Below, in pieces: positions 38,128-51,108 of a stretch of DNA of 64,000 nucleotides. The notes under the pieces are model-generated. The model made no database searches. It had not been told where the DNA came from and saw nothing but the letters and a program-made list of their open reading frames with translations. The stretch is from Paraspadella gotoi (Eukaryota > Animalia > Chaetognatha). A program made the position numbers and the translations under genes. The stretch is taken from positions 12,239,692 through 12,303,691 of the forward strand of contig CM119267.1 of NCBI GenBank assembly GCA_051294375.1. The letters run 5' to 3'. Each line of letters opens with the position of its first letter. The first letter of the stretch is position 1.

Positions 38128-39790
38128 CGATTACAGATGGCATTGATTTGGAAATATTCTGTAAAAGGTTTCTTTAGTAAATTTTTATTGTAAATGGCTT
38201 TAGCAATTTACTTTACCCTTGAATTTCGATCTTTTTTTTTGACCCTCATTTTATTTTCTGACATCTCCTCTCTCTTACTAAGAGCTTTTCTTTCATTTTT
38301 TAGTAATAGCATTTTGGTTGAGATTTCTATTGATTTCTATATAGATTTTCTATTTTGTCTGCACCCACCTATTTTTCGCTTGCATTGTTTTATACAAAAT
38401 AGCATATTTACATGTTTTAAACATACTTTTCCAGAGGGCACCATAAACAAGGGAATTATATTAAAACAAAAGAATACTTCTTCAGAGGTCAAACAACATT
38501 TAAAAGGTTTTTTTTATATTTTAAGCTCTAATTATTACAGGGCTCCTTAAACAAAAGAGCATTCAATAAGACAAGATAGCTTTTTTGTTTAAGTTTTACA
38601 AATTATTTACCAGATGTCTTATTCTTTTTTAAGAAACAAAGGAATATTCATAATAAATTTGATCTACACCTCACTAGATCTTACTCTAAAAAATCATTAT
38701 GCAAGTTTTAAAAAATGATACAAGCTTTAAAAAAATGATGCAAGTTAAAGAAATATGTAAGTTGGAAAATGATAGAAGTTAAAAAATGATGTAAGATGAA
38801 AAAAAATAATACAAGTTAAAAAAATTTAAAAAATGATGAGTTAAAAAAGATACAAGTTAATAAAAATGATACAAGTAAAAAGATAAAACAAGCTAAAAAA
38901 ATGCAAATTAAAAATAAATGTGTAAGTTAAAAAAATATTATTAGTGCCACAATAACAGTTCAGTTGAAAGCGATTTACATGGTATTGGCACACGCCACTG
39001 GTTTTTTTTTTTTGTTCATCATTTTTTTTCAGTAATCTCCCCTCTCCTCTCTCGATTACAGATGGCATTGATTTGGAAATATTCTGTAAAAATTTTTTTA
39101 ATAAATTTTATTGTATTTGGCTTTAGCAATTTTACTTTACCCTTAAATTTTTGTCATTATTTGTAAATCGCTTTTAGCAATTTACTTTACCCTTGAGTTT
39201 CGGTCTTTTTTGTCCCTCATTTTAATTTTCTGTCATCTCCTCTCTCCTACTAAGCGCTTTTCATTCATTTCCTACTCACAGCATTTTGTTTCAGATTCCT
39301 ATTGATTTCTATAAAGATTTGCTATTTTGTCTGCACCAACTTATTCTCCAGAGGTCCAGTTCTTTTTTTGTGAAACAAAATAACTCTCAAATTAAGTTTT
39401 TTTTTATTTTAAGCTTTATTTCCTAGAGGGCTCCCCCCCAAAAAAGAGCATTCAGTAGGACTTTTGAATAAGTTTTCAAAATTATTTATCAAATGTCTTA
39501 TACTTTTTTAAGAAACAAAGAAACATGAACAATAAATTTGATCTGCACCTACTAGGTCTTCCTTTGCACCTGATTTTACACAAAATAGCACGTTCTGTTT
39601 AAATTTCTACCATTCTAAATAATTTTTAAAAAATTTAATTAACAATGAACAAATGAAATGAAAAAATTAAACAAGTAAAAAAGTGGAAATAATGATGCGA
39701 GTTGAAAAAAATGATATAAGTGAAAAGAATCATGCAAGTTAAAAAAATATTATTATTGCCGCAGTAACAGCATAGTTTATGCCCTTGAAA
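38128..39790 (+). repeat. diverged tandem duplication (~0.9 and ~0.75 kb units) with internal ~20-bp AAAAAATGATACAAGTT arrays
   Basis: Both units begin cgattacagatggcattgatttggaaatattctgtaaaa (38128, 39053) and end near aaaaatatt..tagtgcc.ca.taacag. Confidence 0.85.
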
Positions 39791-40731
39791 ATGATTTACA
39801 TTTATTAGCGCAGCCAATAGTTAATATTTCTTTTAGGTCACCATTTTAAAAAATTACCCGAGGCTCGCTTAAATATTTATAATTTTATATTCTCTGCTTA
39901 CAGCTTCCCTTTCGTTGCAATTTTCGGATTAATTTTTTCTAATGGAGAACTACTTGATATAAATAATAGTGATAGTGATAAAGAACTTATGGAAATAATT
40001 TGTAATCGAAATCCTAAGACCAGCTGTCGTTGGGAGTCGGGGGGAAAAACAGGAAGCTGAAAAATTTGATATCATTCGTTTAAGAGAGTTTTGGGTAGGG
40101 TGGGGATTTAAGGAAGGGTAAGGGAGCGTAAAGAAAAAAAAGTTCGGTTGGGGGTTGAAGAATCGGGGGTAAGTTTGCCTATTCTAGGTTTAGAATTTTC
40201 TTGAAACATCATTTCAAGGAGATGGTGAACCGGAAACGTGACGCTCGTCTCTTTTTGGACGATTCTTTTTCACGGAGACGACGACGACGAACACGTCGAC
40301 CAAGATTCCGACGACGACGACGAAAAGGAAGACCAAGTCTAAGAAAATGACGATGACGACGACCAAGATAACAACAACGACGAAAACGACGACCAAGACG
40401 ACGAAGAAAACGTCGACTAAAACGACGACGACGACGAAAACGTCGAAGTGAAAAATGACCAGCGAAGCCGAACAAAAAAGGAAAAAAAAAGAGAAAAAAG
40501 ATAAGGGATTTCAATTCGAAGGAGAAGGGCAAAGAGAGGGAAGGAGAAGGAAAGGGAAAAGAAGGGCGGGGCCGGGGGGGAGGGTATTTAGGACTAAGGG
40601 TTGCTAGAATTGACGCGAACGAAGGGTTAAACAGTGAAGAAAGGGATTCAAGTCAGGGGTCACCGAATAACGCCGAGATGTCGCCTCGAGCTGGTTTATT
40701 AAAATGGGTGCGACTGAGTGGGACTGGGTGT

Positions 40732-41230
40732 TAAGGCGGGCCAGAATTTAACATTTTTAACAATTTTTTACAACCAAATTGACTTATGATGTTAGATTTT
40801 GATGAAATTAATTTTCCTCGTGCAATTTTTAAAAAAATTTTAAAATGGATTTTGATAAAGATTAAAAAGTAAGATAAAGGTTAGTACTACAAATTTTTAA
40901 AATTGTAATGATAAATGAGCTAAAATTTTAAAAAAATCATCATCATTCATTAAATTTTATACTTTTTATTAATTTTCCTAGAAAAATTAATTAAAATTCA
41001 ATACTGTGGCCCATTAGGTCATTTAGTTTACGAAAACTAAGTTAATAGTAAAAAATTCATTTTTAAAACTCATTTAAAATTAATTTTTAAAACGTGAAAA
41101 TCAAAATTTTAAGAACTATGTACAGACTTTCAAATTGTTAATATGTGATACTAAAACCAGAAAAAGGAAAAATTAATCAAAAATTATAAAAAAAATTTAA
41201 AGAGCTACAGACAGTTAAAAACGTTATTAC

Positions 41231-41293
<63 letters not shown>

Positions 41294-42193
41294 GTGCTCG
41301 GTTATCTCTCGGGGACGTCGGAGAGGTTTTTCCAGATAATAAAATTCATTTCCTTTCGAAATTGAATTAACGAGCGACTGTAACAAGGAAGCTTTGTGAA
41401 GGGGAGAAGGAGGGGAAGGGAAAACAAAAACAATTGCGGATAATTTCGTTGTAATCGCAATACACAGTTTAATTCAAATTGAAGGAGAAGAATTTAATTA
41501 AGGATTTTGGAGTCAACTTCTCCTGATCCTTCGAGAAAAATTTAAGAAAATTGACAAAAAAAATTTAAATTTAAAAAAGGAAAAGAGGCGAAGAGAAGGA
41601 AGAGGAGGAATGGAGTGGGGGACAACGCGATTATGCAAAGAGAAGATGAAGGCGAGAGAATTAATTAAGAAATCGCCACGACGACGACGACGACGACGAC
41701 GACGATGTCGACGACGTCAAAGATTTCAGTGACAACCAACGAGCGTAGAGAAATGGAAATTGAGGTGATGCTCATGGGGGCTAATCTAATGGATGATGAC
41801 TAGATTATTATCGTACTAAATATTAGGTAAAATTAATTTTCATTGTCTTGGTATTCTAAGCTTATCATAATTTAATTATTTAAATGTAGAGAAATAAAGA
41901 GTTAATAATCAAGACACAACTTCGTCGCCAGTCCAAAGAAAATATAAATACGGAGAGAAAATAAAAATAATTATATGGGTGGATACGAGCTAAAAATATT
42001 TGCCTTAAATTTCCCAAACCAGAGACTGACAAGGGAGAATTAAAACCGGTCTAAACTCGAAACACTTCCTCCTTGTCTAATTCGAGTTTGCTCGTACCTA
42101 GAAGTACAACACCCACGTTGTTGTCACTCGAATAACCAGAAGTCTATTTTTTTACGGGACTAAAGTTGTAAATTTGTTTCGGTTTACGCCTTA
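40732..42193. mobile_element. TAAGGCG-terminated element, or two facing fragments, related to 10473-11218
   Basis: tgttaaggcgggccagaatttaac start, homologous over about 270 bp to the reverse complement of 10850-11218; possible far end tttacgccttaaca; no 8-bp TSD. Confidence 0.45.
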
Positions 42194-44352
42194 ACATCGG
42201 GGCTATTTTCTTGATGATCGGTTGAACTGTTATTTGTCCTCTACGTAATATTTTCCTTTTTCGGAGTGTAGTTTATATAAGAGTTTCATATTATAACCTC
42301 TTTTGGAAGTAATAAATATTTTTATTTGTGGAAATAATTTTTTATGCAGTAAGGGAGGTCAATATTAATATTAAAATACTATTTAATGACCAAAAAATAT
42401 ATTTGACATGAAATTAACCGACTTTTCCAAACCGCAGACAATTTTCCATCAATGATATCATTACTTGTTTACAAAAAACCCACAAATTTTTCAAAAACGA
42501 TTGGGAAAATATAAAAAATGCCACCTTGTAGTCTTTACTAATATAGATAAGGAAAATATTATTTTTGTACCACCAATGGACGGTTATCGGGTTCACTACT
42601 TTAACTTATGGATCTCAAATCAGATTTAATTCAGAATCAATTAGTTTAAATAATTCAAGTAGACTTATTTATTAATCACCAGTCTGGTCCCACAGCAAAA
42701 AAAAACCTTTTGCCAATTTACATTCATCCATGACTCTTGTATGGAGAGTACATGGAACCGGGCAGATCACGTTTCCCGATTTCAATGTTTATTCAGTATT
42801 AAAACTTAAAACCGCCGCCATTTTAGCGAACGGCCGTCCACTCGTCTCTATTCCGCCTCCGACCGTCGAAGCGGTGGTATTAAAACTTCTTTTATAACTT
42901 CTTCATATAACTAAACCTTTTTATTTTTTACGTTTAATGTTTTTAATTTTTTTTTCATCAACGGTCTATCCGATCACAATGCAAAAGGCGGCTTTCTAAT
43001 TCCCGACTTATCTATTCAAAGGCGGCGGGCGCCGACTTTTTTAAATGCTAATCCTGGGATTTGGTTTCGCGCTCGTCATCGGTGGTCCGTCATCGTCGAC
43101 GGGCGTGACCATTGACGATGACGTGACGATAACGATGACAAAAAGACGACAAAAGATGATTGGGATAATCAAATGGTGATGCGTTACGCATAAAGACAAT
43201 ATTTTGGTTCTTAGTTGTTACTTCGAACGTGAACGTGGGTCTTGATGTTGAAAGGTGCAGGGTCATACTTGTTAAAAGTGATGGAGGATTAACCTACCAT
43301 AGTCCTGTTTCAAAGTCAGGGGCAGGGATAACTTATTATTAAATGAATGATTTAACTATTTTATTGGTATTACCAATTTCATGTATTAGTTTTTTCGTGT
43401 CTGAAGTTCGCCTCTTCATAATCAAGAAAGTAGGCAAAGGGTTGTTGAGACGCAACCGAAGTAACGATGCTGACGTTCATCACTCAACTGAAAACCTGAA
43501 ATGAAATTCGTGGGCGCTGGGTGTGGCGCGATATTCTGCGATCGTAAACTCAGCACTCGATCTTCACTTGGCAACTCTGATCGTGGTTTCATGTGGCGTC
43601 TGATAAATGACTTCGATTTGATTCAACTGACGCTTTAGGAGTAAAAACTAAAGACAAAAAGTTTTGACTATCGCATCTGCAGCATTATCGCTGTCCTTGA
43701 AAGAGAGAGAGAGAGCGGAAGAGAGAGAGAGAGAGTAGAGAGAGAGAGAGAGAGAGAGAGAGACGAGAAGAGAGAAGAGGAGAGAAGAGAAGAGGAGAGA
43801 GAGAGAGAGACATAAAATTTACAGCAAAAGTAACTTTGAAAAATTAATTTCAGAAAGAAAAACACGAGTGAGTTTCGGTGACTTATATGGATATCGTTAA
43901 AAATTACAATATGTCTTGCAATTATTTTCTTCTCTATTAAGGAGATTTGTATTTGGAATTAACTAATAAAACCATATGGTAAGTGGCTAATGATGAGGCA
44001 GTATAAAATAGTCAATAGTCAGTTGCTTGGAACGATTGTGATATGGCGTTCTGTAACTTGCGCCGCCGCGATTTTGTAAAAAAGGTACAAGTGTGATAAC
44101 ATTTAAAAGCTCGGCAAAGTCTTTTTCCTTCTTTGTTGATCAGTCGCCTTTGTCCACGATGAAAGTACGCATTCAGAAACGTGCAACAAAAGTGCAACAG
44201 CCCCTGCAAATTTTAAAACGTAAATTAAAAATGAAATAGATAAAACACAAATCGACTGCATCAGGTATTCGCATTTTTGAATTCCAAATACAGTGTAAAA
44301 AAGGGGATAGTCTATTTACCCCTTCTTCCTTCTCATTTCACCTCCTTCTCAT

Positions 44353-44970
44353 TAAGGCGTAGTGAAAGTTACATACGAAGATTGTCTAAAAGTCTATTAT
44401 GACAAACATACATCAGTGAACATTAATTTGTAAAAAAAAATAATTTTATGTTTTTTTAATTTTCGCAGTCGGCTATATTATTTATAGTCTATCCTTTAAA
44501 TATAGAAAATTTTCAAATAGGCTTTTCTTAATGTTTGATTGCAGATTTTGAATTCCTCGTTCAGTTGATAAAGGAAATATAAATCATTTTACAAAATACT
44601 TTCATTAGTGGGTTAAAAAATTTTAAAAAATATATTTAATATATTAGAAAAATTTTCAGCTTAAAATATAGCTTTTTCTAATTTTTGACACTTAATGAAG
44701 GAATTTTTTAAAAAAGAGTTATATTTCTTGTTATCAACATTTTTATGACGATCCAAATCTGCAAAAAAAATCTTTAGAAAAAACTGTTTGAAATTTTAAC
44801 ATTATTGGTTTAGTACTAGTATTAAAGTATTGGCTACTGCGTTAATTGTAAAATTTAATTCTTAAATTTTTTTATTACATAAATGTTTTATTAGTTATAG
44901 TATTGTTCATTCCTCACGTTTTAGGGAATTTTTAATTAAAGTTAAATTTAGCAATTTTACGTACGCCTTA
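44353..44970 (+). mobile_element. hAT-like MITE (shorter variant)
   Basis: taaggcgtagtgaaagttacatacg...acgcctta; flanks cttctcat / ctcctcat. Confidence 0.85.
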
Positions 44971-45261
44971 CTCCTCATCCTCCTCCCAGGGATTTGGGCG
45001 CGTTCTTCGATGTTCAGTTCCACCTTCTCGTCTCTTCTCCTACTAGTTTCTCCCCTTTTTACCCTCATGATTCTTCTCGCCGTATGATTTTCCTACGGTC
45101 AATATAGTATTTTCCACGCATTCTGTGTGCTAATATTTCTGAATCATTATTTATTTAAAATATAGGGGAAACACATAGGGAAAACAGCCTAGATTATTGT
45201 CAAGTTTTATTTTCAAGAACGGGCTCCGACTTACAGAAAGCTTCATTAATAAGAATGAGTA

Positions 45262-45792
45262 CCCCTTTTTTGTGACCAGAATTGTGTCTACCAGACTACT
45301 GATTGAATTTCGATGAAATTTTTACAATGAGGTCCTTAATGACGATTTATAAAATGGGAACTATCGAGGCGATTAGACATATTCCAACCCCTGTGGGGCC
45401 AAAAAACAAAAAAATTTTTTTTTATTTTGAAATTTTTAGTTTCGCATCAGGTGCTTGACGTTTGCTTAAACATATCAAACATCGAAACTAAAATTGACAA
45501 ATTTTCAATAATTAAGCAAAGTTTAAGATGCATGGTTCAGCTTCTTTAATTCAATTTTCCCAAATTATTCAAACTGACTTGAACTGCATGATCTTTTATT
45601 ACATGTTTTTGCCTTTATGGTGTGATCCCTCCGGGGCCCCATTATCTTGGCTCAGGGTCAAATATTGAAAGTCGCCTCGATAGTTCTATTTGTATTCACA
45701 CTAAAATTCACACTAAAAATATTCAAACTAAATTTCAATAAATTTTGGTCCAAGTAGTTTTCCCGGAGTGTGTTCTGGTCACAAAAAAAGGG
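45262..45792. mobile_element. TA-flanked MITE with long imperfect TIRs (Tc1/mariner-like)
   Basis: TA|CCCCTTTTTTGTGACCAGAA ... TTCTGGTCACAAAAAAAGGG|TA; internal inverted blocks aactatcgaggcga / tcgcctcgatagtt; redundant copies at about 46570-46925, 49773-50352 and 52868-53432. Confidence 0.8.
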
Positions 45793-46156
45793 TACTAATC
45801 AACGGGGAGGTAGCCTGTGATACCCGGGCGCGGGTATCTCGACCAACTGCGTAGGGCGCGGACCCTCACGTGACCCGCCTCCTGTCGACTGGCATTTATT
45901 ATACCGGCACCGTCACATTTAAGCAAGAACGGAGATCCCAGGATTGCAACCCAGGACGCAAGGATGGAATGAGAGAAATTTAGCCTCTCAGCCGTTGAGA
46001 CGAGGCTTGAGGACGGACGCAGCTTGAGCAGCTTTAACGTCTTGCCTGCCACAGTAGCCTGCTTTATAATATGATTCCTGTTGTTATATTAATTAGCAAG
46101 TACAGTTACTTACTCTTGATTATTTATTTTATTTTAAAAAAACCCAATATTCTTAC

Positions 46157-46349
46157 ACATTCGGTTTGATGCCGGTTGAATGTCCCTAGGCGACGCCTCC
46201 TCTGCGCGCTTGACTTTTCCAACGTTCCATCGTTATCTTCTTCGAAGAGAAACGTGTGGCCAATTCAGGTCTGGTTCTATGGGGCGCGCTTGCGGGAGCG
46301 ACGCCACGCCGAGAAAGCGATAGACACCATCAGCCATATTAGAGCGCAT
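46157..46349 (-). CDS. candidate first coding exon with a signal-peptide-like N-terminus (noisy copy A)
   Basis: Same exon as 52293-52483; starts aaATGcg and ends at a GTAAGA donor; frameshifted in this copy. Confidence 0.3.
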
Positions 46350-46950
46350 TTGTTTCTCGCTCAGAGTATTTTGTGTTCATTGTGAAAATCGCGATTTAGT
46401 CGCAAGCTTGAGGGTATCAATTTTTTAAAAGTCGAAGAGGTTTGGACTTTAAATTAAAAATAAAATTACTAATGATGCACGAAATGGCTACAATATGANN
46501 NNNNNNNNNNNNNNNNNNNNNNNTACCCCGCGCCCCGGGTATCACAGGCTATCCTCCCGTTGATATAGTACCCCTTTTTTGTGACCAGAACACACTCCGG
46601 GAAAACTACTGGACCAAATTTATTGAAATTTAGTTTGAATATTTAGTGTGAATTTAGTGTGAATACAAATAGAACTATCGAGGCGAATTTCAATATTTGA
46701 CCCCTGAGCCAAGATATGGGGCCCCGGAGGGATCACCCATAAAGGCAAAACATGGTCAAAAAAGATCAGCAGTTCAAGTCAGTTTTGGAATAATTTGGGA
46801 AAATTGGAATTAAAAACCTGAACCATGCATCTTCAAACTATGCTTAATTATTGAAAATTTGTCAATTTTAGTTCGATTGTTTTTGATATGTTTAAAACGT
46901 CAATGCACCTGATGCGACTAAAAAANNNNNNNNNNNNNNNNNNNNNNNNN

Positions 46951-49900
46951 GGCGGGCGGAGGCTCGGCGTATTTAGGACTTCTAAGGTTCCCTAGAATTT
47001 GACGCCGGAACGAAAGTTAAACAGTGAAGAAAGGGATTACAAGATCAGCCGGCGTCAGCCGAATAACGCCGAGATGTCGCCTCGAGACTGCCGGTTTAAT
47101 TAAATGGGCTGCGACTCTGAGTGGACCTGGGTGTTAAGGCGGGCCAGAATCTTAACGATATTTTAAAATTTTTTAACAACCAAATTGAACTGTATGCATG
47201 TTAGATTTTGATGAATTAATTTTCCTCGTGCAATTTTTAAAAAAGCTTCTTATAATATATTAATTATAATATAATATAAAAATGTATTTTGCATAAAATT
47301 TTTAAAAAAAGTAAGATAAAGCGTTCAGTACTACAAATTTTTAAAATTGTAATGGATAAAATGAGCCCTAAAACTTTTAAAAAGAAATCGATCGTCATTT
47401 CATTAACCATTTTATACTTTTTATTAGATTTTCCTAGAAAAATTAATTAAAACTTCGATATACTGTAGCCCATTATGCGTCACTTTAGTTTTACGAAATA
47501 CTAATGCTTAAATAGTAAAAAATTCATTTTTAAAACTCCATTTAAAATTAATTTTTAAAAGCGTTTCTGAAAATCAAAATTTAAGACTATGCTACAGACT
47601 TTCAAATTGTCTAATATGCTGATCACTAAAACCAGAAAGGTAAATAATTAATCAAAAATTATAAAAAAAAATTTAAAGAGCGTACAGACAGTTAAAAACG
47701 TTATTACGATGAATGAGAGGAGAGATAGAGAGACGAGACGAGATCGATGAGACGAGGAGAGCCATAAGAGGAGGGAGAGAGACTGATGCAGAGAGAGAAG
47801 AGAGATAACGGACACGACACACGTGGTAGAGAGATGACGAGGAGAGAGGAGAGAATGGTGCTGCGGTTTATCTCTCGGGGACGTCGGAGAGGTTTTCCAG
47901 ATAATAAAATTCATTTCCCTTTTTCGACAATTGATATTAACACTGAGCGACTTGTAACAAGGAAGCTTTGTGAAGGGGAGAAGGAGGGGAAAGGGAAAAC
48001 AAAAAAACAATTGCCGCGTTAATTCGTTGCTAACGCCCAATGTACCAGTTAATTCAAATGAAGGAGAAGAATTTAATTTAAGGATTTTGCAGTCAACTTT
48101 CCTGATCCTTCGAGAAAAATTAAGAAAATTGAACAAAAAAAATTTAAATTTATAAAAAGGAAATATGAGGTCGAAGAGAAGGCTAAGAGGAGGATGGAGT
48201 GGGGCGACAACGCGATTATGCTAGAGAAGCATGAAGGCGATGAGACATTAATTAAGAAAATCGCCCACGAGACGACGACGACGACGACGACGACAGATTG
48301 ACGATGTCGACGCACGTCAAAGATTTCATGACACACAACGCAGCGTTTAGAAATGGAATTGAGGTGATGCTCATGCGGCGGCTATCTAATGGATTGATGA
48401 ACTAGATTTATTATCGTTACTAAATTATTACAGCATAAAATTAATTTCTCTATTGTCTTGGCCTATTCTAAGCTTATTCGCTACTCATAATTTAATTATT
48501 TAAATGTAAAGAGAAATTAAAGACGATTAGATAAAATAAGACGACAACTTCGTCGCCAGTCCAAAGAAAATATAATACGGAGATGAAAATAAAAGCATAA
48601 GATTATATGGCCGTGAGCGATACGAGCCTAAAAATAGTTATGCGCTTAAATTTCCCAAACGCAGAGACTGCCACGAACGGTACTAGAGAATTAAAACCAG
48701 ATATACTTCGGCTCAGTCCTTAAACTCTCACTCGATACCAGCTCTCTGCTTCGTCTAATCTCGAGTTTTGCCATTCGTACCTATGAAGTACAACACCCAC
48801 GTTGTTTGTTCGACTCAGAATAACCAGAGTCTATTTTTATACGTGTACTAAAGTGTGTAAATTTTTCGGTTTACGCCCTTAAACATCAGTGGCTATTTTC
48901 TTGATGATCGTGTTGAACCTGTTATTTGTCTTCTACGTAATAGTTTTCCTTTTTCGGAGTGTAGTTTAGTATAGAGTTTTCATCATTGTAGCATGTTCGG
49001 TGCATCATAGTCAGAATGATTTATTTTCATATTTAAAGATCAAGACGCTACTTCGACTTTTTTAAAAAATGATACCTCGAAGCTATCGAGCTAAATTCGC
49101 GTATTCACAGATGAACAGCAAAATACTTGAGCCCCGAGAAAACAATGCCCGCCTTAATAATTGGCTCGGATAGGTGTCTATCGGCTCTCGGCGTGGCGTC
49201 GCTCCCGGCTAGCGCCGCCTCGATAGGACCCACAGAGCCTGATTGGCCCACACGTTCTCTTCGAAGAAGAAGAAACGCATGGAAGCGTGTGAAAGAGTCA
49301 AGCGCCAGAGTGAGCGTCGCCTAGGGACACAACCGGCCACAGACGAATGCTGCTTAAGAAATAATTGGGGTTTTTTTTTAAAATTAAAATAAATCAATCA
49401 AAGTAGTAACTGTACTTGGCTATCATTCGAATACGTACCAAGGTAATCATTATTATAAAATGAGGTACTGTGGGCCAGAGACTGAAATAGGCTGCCTCCA
49501 TCGTTGCTGTTCGCATCGCTCAGCCTGCCGTCTCAATGGCTGAGACCAGCGACTAAAATCAATCTGCATTCCATCCGTGCGTCCCGGGTTCCAATCCCCT
49601 GGAGTATCCCGAGTTTGGCCCTTAGCACGATGCTTCTGACGGTGCCGGCTTATAAAAATGCCTCAGTGAGCAGGAGGCGGTCAGCTGAGGGTCCGCATGC
49701 CCCTCGCCAGGTTTGGTGAATACCGCGGCGCCCCGGGTATGCATCATGGTATCCTCCCGCTTCGAGCTATAGTACCCCTTTTTTGCTGACCAGCAACCAC
49801 ACTCGGGAAAACACTGGCACCCAAATTTATGAAATCTTAGTTTGAATTATTTTAGTTGTGAATTTAGTCGTGAATCAAAATTAGAACTACGAGGCGAAGT

Positions 49901-51108
49901 TCAATATTTGCACCCCTGATGCGCAAGATAAGGGATATGGGGCTCCGGAGGGATCAACCCATAGAATGGCACAAACATGGTGCAAGAAGAGATCAGCAAG
50001 TATCACAAAGTCAGTTTTGTAGAAAATTCTGCGGAAAATGGAATTTAAAATACCTGAACCGAATCAATCTTCAAAACTAGCTATAATTATTGAAAATTGT
50101 CAATTTTAGTTCGATGTTTTTGATATGTTGTTAAAACGTCAATGCCACCTTGATGCGACTAAAAAATTTCAAAAAACATAAAAAACCATTTTTTGTTTTT
50201 TTGGCCCCACAATGGAGGTTTGACATATTTAAATTCCCTCGATAGTTCCATTTATATTCGTCATTAGACAGCTGCATTAAGTAAAATTACATGAAATTCA
50301 ATCAGTTTAGTTCTTTGGATAGGAATCAGATTGCTGGTCACAAAAAAGGGCGTACCTCATTTTATAATATGAAGCTTTCTGTAATCGGGAGCCGTTCTTG
50401 AAAAATAAAACTTGACAAATAATTCTAGTGCTGTTTTCTCTATGTGTTTTCCCCTATATTTTAAATAATATTTGATTCAGAAATATACACAAGAATGCGT
50501 GAAAATAATATATTGACTGTAGGAAAATCTATACGGCAACAAAATCATGAGGGTAAAAAAGGGGAGAAACTAGTAGGAGAAGAGAGAGAAGGTGAACTGA
50601 ACCTCGAGAACGCGGCCCCGAATCTCTAGGAGAAAGGATGAAGAGGAGGTGAATGAGAAGGAGAGGGGTAATAGACTATCCCCTTTTACACTGTATTGGA
50701 AATCAAAAAATGCGAATACCTGATGCAGTCGATTGTTTTATCTATTTCTTTTTAATTTACGTTTTAATATATTGCAGGGGCTGTTGGCACTTTTGTTGCA
50801 CGTTTCCTGAATGCGATACTTTCATCGTGGACAAAGGCGACTTCAACAAAGAAGGAAAAAGACTTTGCCGAGCTTTTAAATGTAATCACACTTGTACCTT
50901 TTTTACCAAAATCGGCGCGGCGCAAGTTCACAGAACGTCCATATCACAAGTCGTTCCAAGCAACTGATATTGACTTATTTTTTACTGCCTCATCATTAGC
51001 CACTTACCATATGGTTTATTAGTTAATTCCAAATACAAATCTTCCTTAATAAGAAGAAATAATTGCAAGACATATTGTATTTTTACGATACCATAAAGTC
51101 ACACCGAT
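46951..51108 (+). repeat. noisy redundant copy B of the 40.6-46.5 kb locus
   Basis: colinear with 40570-42290, then with the reverse complement of 46498-43870; bounded by 25-N gaps. Confidence 0.92.

Noticed and set aside
40209-40532. Acidic or Arg-rich protein exon
   Set aside because: Degenerate (GAC)n tract; the Asp-rich frame has internal stops.
45982-46040. Twister-like ribozyme on the minus strand (TAA-AGCT-GC...TCCTCAAGC...GGCT-GA-GAGG)
   Set aside because: P2/T1/T2-like pairings can be drawn, but P1 and P4 do not form, L4 is one nt too long, and a simple hairpin explains the complementarity. Only a cmsearch on polished sequence could revive it.
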